Under the pieces are notes generated by a model. It was given only the letters and a program-made list of their open reading frames with translations, was not told the origin of the DNA and did no database searches. A DNA stretch of 57,339 nucleotides, the filler included, from Basidiobolus ranarum (Eukaryota): NCBI GenBank assembly GCA_040143965.1. It is 2 parts of 2 records of this genome, joined end to end, with 100 filler letters (N's around TTAATTAATTAA, not from the genome) between each part and the next. Parts side by side here need not be neighbours in the genome. Positions count along the whole stretch, not along the records: positions 28,765 to 57,339 come from JASJQH010000113.1; 1 more part is not named here. One strand, 5' to 3'. Every line of letters starts with the position of its first letter. Position 1 is the stretch's first letter. Made by a program: the position numbers and the translations under genes. Below, piece after piece: positions 50,370 through 57,339 of this stretch.

Positions 50370-52062
50370 ATTTGTTAAAGAATACAAGTGTATAGGTTAC
50401 AACGATATAATTAACTAAACAAAAAGAAAAGATAGAATATATCAAAATAGTAATAAAAAAAAACCAAATAAATTTCAAAAAAAAAGAACATCAGAATAGG
50501 TGATTGCTTATCTCAAGTCGCTCATCGTGAATGCTATAAACATTTTTGGTATTGATTTGGGCTCTTGTTGTATTTTGCTCTGTTACTTCTGTTGAAAAAT
50601 AGTGAACTCACACGTTGACAACATGGCAATAGTCTTCTATCTCTACAGCTATCGGTTTTTGCTATTTAAGAATATCTACGTAAAGGTTCTAATTGTACCT
50701 CTCTAGCTTATTAATAACTTTAAGGCACATGTTTTTTTAAAACTTTATGGTTTTCCTTGATTCGAAGATTGCATATAGCATGTACTTAGTAGTATACATA
50801 GAAACCGTTCTTAAAGATAAGGGTTATAGAGTGATACTCAGTTTCTTCATAGTAATTTATTTCTACAGATATTTGGGAATTGGCTTCGATATATATACCT
50901 ATGCAATAGGTGGGCTCCTTTCTCAGCTTGAATGTCAGTAATACTTAGATTCAGGATTTTACGCTAGGACTTAGTTCTCCGCCGCAGGAACATCTGAAGA
51001 AGGTCGTGGTAGCACGGCTCCAGCAGGGTTTAACAACAGTACTAGACTTACAATTAACAAGTTGGCTCTATATAAGAGTACAAGTATATATAGGGGATTA
51101 ATTTTAGAGAAGTCATGAATGGATTTCATATCGAAACGCTGGGTTAGTTGTAAAGAAGATTATAAAAGTAGTGCCAAGTTCTACGAAACTAAGATTGGCC
51201 ATATATCAAGATTTTTATATCAACTACCCTATACGGCTAGACTGTAATGGTGAAATTCATATGTCGAGTTGTCGAATAAAAGCTCATCGTATTATGCAGT
51301 GGCATTGCAGGCAGTGATATCTATACCAGTAGCTGTGCCCTTATGCTGCCTTTGTATAATACCACGATATGGAGAATGCAACTTAAAACATGCGCTATAT
51401 TCTAACAGCAATTCCATTCAAAGGTCAACGGGCTGCTGTAATTCCCGTAACGTCTCGCCACCGTTCATGTAGAATGTGCATAGATGCCATCAAAATTGTC
51501 GTGAGGACTGAGCTATAGGATCAACAGTAGCGGTGCTTACATATGTGAGCGTTGACACCAATAGCTAGTGACATATGTTCCAAATACAAAGCAATTCTGA
51601 TCATCCATATGTGAGGACGTATTGCTCTGAACCTTCTTGAAATATTCGACATGAGTTCAGTACAATTCATTTTGCATGGAAGATAGCAGTGATATTGTCT
51701 ATTACTATGAGTGTGATGGTGTATTGTAGGTTCCTGCTTTAAACAATATATCGGTTGATATTTTACCGCTTGACACTGGAGATGAATCCATGTTTTTCCG
51801 TTTTACCATTCCGTTTTACCATTACCATGGAAAATATTGGTGGACATGAAATGGCTTAGGTGAAATATCATTAGTTGGTTATTTACGAACTAATATCAAA
51901 TCTGATTATATACAGTATTGTCAAAAATCGATTGGACATCATCTAACAAATAAAGACAAGAGATTTTGTTGTATTGATTCAAGTGATAAGTAAAACTAGT
52001 GGAGCAATTCATAGCCACTTGCTTCTTTGCTTTCGCTTAACCAGCAGCTTGCTTTTTTCGCG

Positions 52063-55000
52063 ATGAAAGTCACAGGCACCAGCTTGCTGATTCTTGGAAT
52101 TGTGTTCCACGCAATTTACCTATGGAGTATTTTCGACATTTATTTTACGTCTCCATTAGTTCATGGAATGACTCCTCACCAAGTTAACGCACCTCCCCCA
52201 GCTGAGCGATTAGTTTTATTTGTTGGCAAGTTACAAGTTACTATTATCTTTAATGAGACACGAAAGCCATCAAAGAGACACACGTTTCTAAATTTTTCTT
52301 ATAGCTGATGGTCTTCGTGCTGACAGATTATACCAAGTGAAGTATCGAAAGGAGGCATATACTTTCGCCCCATACCTTAGAGACATAATACAGAATAATG
52401 GAACCTGGGGTGTATCTCATACACGTGTCCCTACAGAATCTAGACCAGGACATGTGGCTATTATTGCTGGCTTCTATGAAGATGTCAGTGCAGTCACCAA
52501 AGGTACCCTATATATATTGCAAACTTGTCTCAGTAAAAAAAATTAACTTGTCGTTTTCTTGTCAGGGTGGAAGATGAATCCAGTAAACTTTGATTCAGTA
52601 TTTAATCAAAGTCGACACACTTGGTCTTATGGTTCCCCAGATATCCTTCCTATGTTTTCTCATGGTGCCTCTGATCCCGATAAGGTGGAAACTTTCATGT
52701 ATGCAGCAGAGGATGAAGATTTCTCTAGAGGTAAAAGATCAACTAGCCTTCTCCCTAGTTACAGTAGTAAAATTAACGATCATCTCGATTTAATAGACGC
52801 TACAGAACTAGACCAATGGGTATTTGAGCAATTCACGGATCTTTTTACTCGTGCCAAGAGCGATGACAACCTCAGAAAGAAACTACATGAAGATAAAATC
52901 GTATTTTTCCTTCATCTTCTTGGTTTGGATACCAATGGACACGCATATAAACCAGAATCTGACGAGTATCCTTAGTTTTTGTTCAATTGCTTGACCCATT
53001 TATTTATCATCTGTGTGAAATATGCATTCCCTTAACTCAATTGAACCGAGATACCTGAATAATATTAAATATGTCGACCAAGGTATTCAAAAGATGGTTG
53101 AAATGGTAGAGGAATTCTACAATCATGATGGAAAAACCTCTTACATTCTCACTGCTGATCACGGAATGGGAAATAGAGGTAGCGTACCATTCCACCGCGT
53201 CTTTAGCTTCGTTGCAAAGGTATTAACGTGATTAATCTTCACGTGTTTTAGGAAGTCACGGCGATGGTCATCCTGACAACACAAGAACCCCGTTGATTGC
53301 TTGGGGTGCTGGTATTAAAAAGCCCAACCATGAAAACCCCTCTGGCCATGATGATTTCTCTGCCGACTGGGATCTTGGTAACGTTCAGCGTAATGATGTT
53401 AAGCAAGCCGACATTGCTCCCTTGATGGTTCACCTTCTTATTTGCTTTTGCCTCATTTTTTTTGGATACTAATTTCCCTCATATAGGCATCTTTAGTAGG
53501 ATTGAACTATCCCGTCAACTCCGTGGGTGTTTTGCCTCTAAACTATTTGGAAAATACTGCCAAGTTCAAAGCCGAAAGCTCCTATGTCAACGCTAAGCAA
53601 ATTCTGGAGCAATATATCGTCAAAAATGGTATTTCTTCATTTAGTTTACAAAGGTTTACCTGTTTGTTAATCTTGTTTGATATAAAGCGATGAAAGAGAA
53701 AACCGAGTTTGCATTCAAGCCATTCTCCCCTTTAAGCAGTGGTGCTCATCATTATGCTACCTTGGATCTGAAGATACAAAAATTAATCGAAGAAGGAAAC
53801 TACGAAGAAGCCGAGGCTCTATGCACTGTTTTGATTGATCTTTCTCTGAAGGGTCTGCGCTATCTCCAAACGTAAGACAGTCAGCCCAACTCATATTTTA
53901 GTATGTACCCATACTAAGTTTACTCTCGCTGTTATTAGTTATGACTGGCTTTTCCTGCGATCAATCGTTACAGCTGGATACATAGGCTGGATAGTTTACT
54001 GCTTAATTTTCATCCTTGAGACTTTTGTGGTAAACCCAGAGCTTGAGCAGCATTCGTTTTCGTCACAAGGATACCAGAAGTCAAGTAGATCGGCTAATGT
54101 TATGGTTAGTTGATATGGTTTCCTTTTTACCGTTCTTTATCTAATTCTATCCAAAGATCCAAGGGATTGCTGTGTCCGGTTTTATCGGTCTATCGTATAT
54201 TTTGTTTGTCCAAGACTCTCCTATCTTGTATTATGCTTACGGAGTATTTCCGTTTTTCTTTTGGGCTGAGGTGTTCAAAAAGCAGAGAGTATTGCGTAAC
54301 ATATCTCCCAATAATAATCTAGCCTGGTACACCGTTTTCGGAATTGGCCTAGCTTTTGTAGTGACTCTTGAGTTACTGGTTAGTATTCCTCCTTTCGCAG
54401 ATTTAGGCATTCGACTATAGAAATCTAACAAATCCTTTAAATGTTAGGCATTCAGTTACTTCAACCGTGGGGTTTTAAGCTGCTTCTTTGTACTTGGTGC
54501 CACTTGGCCTTTCTTCATGCCTCACAAAGTTCAAACCGAAAATCGGAATACTCTTATTATCTGGTCCGTATTTTGCCTATGCACCGCCGTGTTCCCTAGT
54601 CTCCCAGTCGAGAAAGGAGAGGATATTCCCCTAGTGTATGTATTTCCGGTTGATAATAAGGTGTAATACATTGTGCTAAGATTCTTCTTTTAGCTTAATG
54701 GGCGGATTTTTAGTCTTGGTATCTGGATTCATTGCTTACATTAAGGCGCCTACCTTTATGAGACCAAGCGACCTTAAATTGGGACAGAATGTCATTGGAT
54801 TTCAGGTATTATTTTAACTTTTAATGAACTTGGTAGTTTTTAACATTGCTAACTCACATCTAAAAAGATGTTCATGTTAGTGCTAAGTATGGTACTTGTC
54901 CACAATACTGCTGGCCATTTACAGGCAAAGCGCGGACTTCCAATTCTTAACCAATTGCTAAACTGGCTTGTACTTGGTAATTATCATTTTTTAAGTCTGC

Positions 55001-55758
55001 TTGTAACTTGCAGCTCTCTAACGCGATTTTACTTAGCTTTGTCGTCATCACTCCCATTCTTATATGGTCGTAAAGCAAGTCATTATTATATTCACCGTTT
55101 AGTGATTATTTATTTGGCATTTGCCCCAGCCTTCGTTCTCTTAAGTATATCATACGAAGCGATGTTTTATTTCTTTTTCTCCAACACACTTCTGTTGTGG
55201 ATTACCATTGAGAAGCAACTCTATTTCAATAACGACACCAACCCACGCCTTAGTCCCATTAACGACACTGGAAGAAGTACTGTCGCATATCGAGTGCTCC
55301 AACGTGGAGATATTCGAATCGCTGCTACTTTCTTATTTTTCATCAATGTCGCATTCTTTGGAACTGGAAATATCGCTAGTATCAGCAGCTTTTCGTTAGA
55401 ATCGGTATATCGCCTTACCACTGTATTTGATCCCTTTTTGATGGGAGCATTGTTGATCTTCAAGATTTTGGTGCCATTTTTATTGGTCTCTTCCGCTTGT
55501 GAAATCCTGGCCCGTTCCCTTGATCTTCTACCGTTTTCACTTTTCTTATTAACGCTTTCATCTACTGATGTGATGACTTTAAACTTCTTCTACTTAGTAC
55601 GTGATGATGGTAGCTGGTTGGAAATCGGAACAAGTATCAGTCATTTCTGTATTGCTTCTTCATTTGTTATTTTTACCATCGTTTTATATGGAGTATCGAA
55701 TTTCATGGTTGGTTCTGTCATCATCACAAATTCCGATGGAAAACGAAAGTTCCATTAA
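52063..55758 (+). CDS. MCD4: GPI ethanolamine-phosphate transferase 1 (PIG-N), many exons
   Basis: [71 protein letters not shown]. Confidence 0.96.
52226..52304 (+). other. GC-AG intron (first intron of MCD4)
   Basis: G|GCAAGT...ATAG|CT restores LFVADGLRAD. Confidence 0.85.
52966..53050 (+). other. U12-type GT-AG intron
   Basis: 5' GTATCCTTA, branch TTCCCTTAAC (53027-53036), 3' GAG with no polypyrimidine tract; restores SDEYLNNI. Confidence 0.92.
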
Positions 55759-55834
55759 GTCTTAGGGAGTTAAGTTTCCTCTTCACCTCTAAGTTCCATT
55801 AAGTCTTAGGGAGTTAAGTTTCCTCTTCACCTCT
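55747..55834. repeat. Perfect 44-bp tandem duplication spanning the MCD4 stop codon
   Basis: AAGTTCCATTAAGTCTTAGGGAGTTAAGTTTCCTCTTCACCTCT x2. Confidence 0.95.
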
Positions 55835-56356
55835 ACTTCGATACATATTTATTTTCTTGAGATGATGAGAGTTAAAATGTGGTTAAATTAGATTAAGTCA
55901 ATTGAAGTAATAATATTTGCAAGTTCTTCCAAATATATATCTTATAGTTCAAACTGAAAGAATGAGCCATAAAATCAATTCTCATTGTTCTATTAATAGA
56001 TATCATTTTAATATGCAGTCAAGTCAACATTGGTGACAATAATCAGTTTTGCTTTACTATGTTGGGAAATATTCTTTATTAAGATATTACGCTTAATTGC
56101 CTGTCACACCTGTAGGAAAATCAATTATTTGCTAAACATTACTCTACAGACGAATGTATACTACGAACCGAGCATAAAGATAGAATCCGAGACAAAATAG
56201 TTGAGGACATTCAAGTAAGTGATACGTTAAAAGCGATTTATTGATTGTAAAACTAAATGATAGACTGCCTTAGCATATCTACATATATAAAGCAAGATAT
56301 CATAGGTATCATAGATATTATCAGCTCAGTTTAGGAGTTAAAGTCAGTTCTTCATA

Positions 56357-57283
56357 CTAAATTTCCTCACTACTTCTACGACTATAATTATTACCATACT
56401 TACTCTTACGCTCATAACCTTCGTGACCATTATAATCAATTCGAGTTTTACCATTCAATCGATTACATAATCCAAGGTCAACTTTAACTCCAGCAATCTG
56501 TGCAGCACCAAGGATGACTCGACATTTAAGACTCTCAAGACGAAGGAAATCGATGTTGATTCTCAAATTGAGACAAAATTTCATATCAATCTTGATACCG
56601 CACAATGTACGCATTTTAGCAATGATAGCTTCACAGGATTTGGGACTGCAAGGTTTTCCGGGAGTTGGTGGGTAAACTGGTGGCCTAGGAGGTTTGCATG
56701 TCTTACAAGGAGGTTTCTCAGGCTTGGGTGGATTGACTGGTGGTTCTTCGGGTGTTGGAGGGTTAACTGGTGGCTCCTCAGGTGTTGGAGGTTCAACCGG
56801 TGGCTTAGGAGGTTTGCATGTCTTACAAGGAGGTTTCCCAGGTGTTGGGGGGTTAACTGGTGGTTCCTCAGGCGTTGGAGGATAAGTAGGGGGCTTCTCC
56901 GGTGTTGATGGGTAACCAGGAGGCTTATTATGCATGATGCCCACATAATCATCACTTCTCTTTTCATATGCTTGGCTATGATTACCAGTGGTAATGCATG
57001 CATTTGCGTCGGCCTTGATTCCCATAATCTTGGCTATGGCGACGGCTTCGACGCAAGTCATTGCGGAGGGATTTTTTACACTTGCAGATAGCTTGGTGAG
57101 ATCAGCATCAAGGCAGGCCTCAGCATCTGCATAGATACCAAAGACTGCGAGTCTCGCGACAACACCGTCACAGACGGAATTCGCATGCCTAGCAACAATT
57201 GATGAGGTATCCAAGAAGGTTGGCTCTTCGGCCATTGCAAGCACAGCTGGCAATAATACTAGGGCACTTGCGAAAAGCTTCAT
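56357..57283 (-). CDS. Secreted protein with Cys-bracketed hydrophobic repeats flanking a proline-rich repeat core, intronless
   Basis: Signal peptide MKLFASALVLLPAVLA; PP(V/T)xPPTP(EE/GK) repeats with CKTC; four C-x(16-19)-C units. Confidence 0.85.
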   Translation of the reverse strand: MKLFASALVLLPAVLAMAEEPTFLDTSSIVARHANSVCDGVVARLAVFGIYADAEACLDADLTKLSASVKNPSAMTCVEAVAIAKIMGIKADANACITTGNHSQAYEKRSDDYVGIMHNKPPGYPSTPEKPPTYPPTPEEPPVNPPTPGKPPCKTCKPPKPPVEPPTPEEPPVNPPTPEEPPVNPPKPEKPPCKTCKPPRPPVYPPTPGKPCSPKSCEAIIAKMRTLCGIKIDMKFCLNLRINIDFLRLESLKCRVILGAAQIAGVKVDLGLCNRLNGKTRIDYNGHEGYERKSKYGNNYSRRSSEEI

Positions 57284-57339
57284 GATTCAGTTCAATTGGG
57301 AAGGTGTATTGGGAACTGCTAACTTGATATACTACTGGG

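Noticed and set aside
50960-51730. Coding-like fragments between REX4 and MCD4, faintly resembling a PLP aminotransferase (KYKAILIIH)
   Set aside because: Many stops in all frames; similarity too weak to support without a search.
52641-52650. ATATCCTTCC as another U12 donor
   Set aside because: Lies inside the uninterrupted conserved MCD4 coding motif GSPDILPMF.

Overview
Eukaryotic, AT-rich, intron-dense genomic DNA with short introns. The gene content looks like an early-diverging (non-Dikarya) fungus, possibly Basidiobolus-like; this is inference. I assembled about 27 genes by hand from ORFs and splice sites: RPL2 3' end, enolase-phosphatase E1, a Zn-ribbon/PH protein, a DUF202 protein, an acidic PKTPY-motif protein, an ERT1/AcuK-type TF, MTG1, MZT1, eIF3m, a Myb-repeat protein, a tri-repeat protein, threonine aldolase, cullin-4, a C2H2 TF, a truncated membrane RING-E3-like gene, a MUT-7/EXD3-like exonuclease, PGM2/PRM15, RNase T2, a mitochondrial carrier, a REEP/HVA22 protein, a GNAT, a P450, a RutG-like permease, a KCTD BTB protein, NAD kinase, HPRT, REX4, MCD4 and a secreted Cys/Pro-repeat protein. 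An artificial 100-nt N/stop linker at 28665-28764 joins two contigs, so the two halves need not be adjacent. Highlights: (1) three U12-type minor-spliceosome introns, one of them AT-AC; (2) an intronless permease closely resembling bacterial RutG, a horizontal-transfer candidate; (3) a loose RNA-breakdown/nucleobase-salvage neighbourhood; (4) a fungal MUT-7-like nuclease; (5) two uncharacterised proteins with mitochondrial-presequence-like N-termini; (6) a secreted disulfide-hairpin/proline-rich protein. I found no tRNA, rRNA or CRISPR array.
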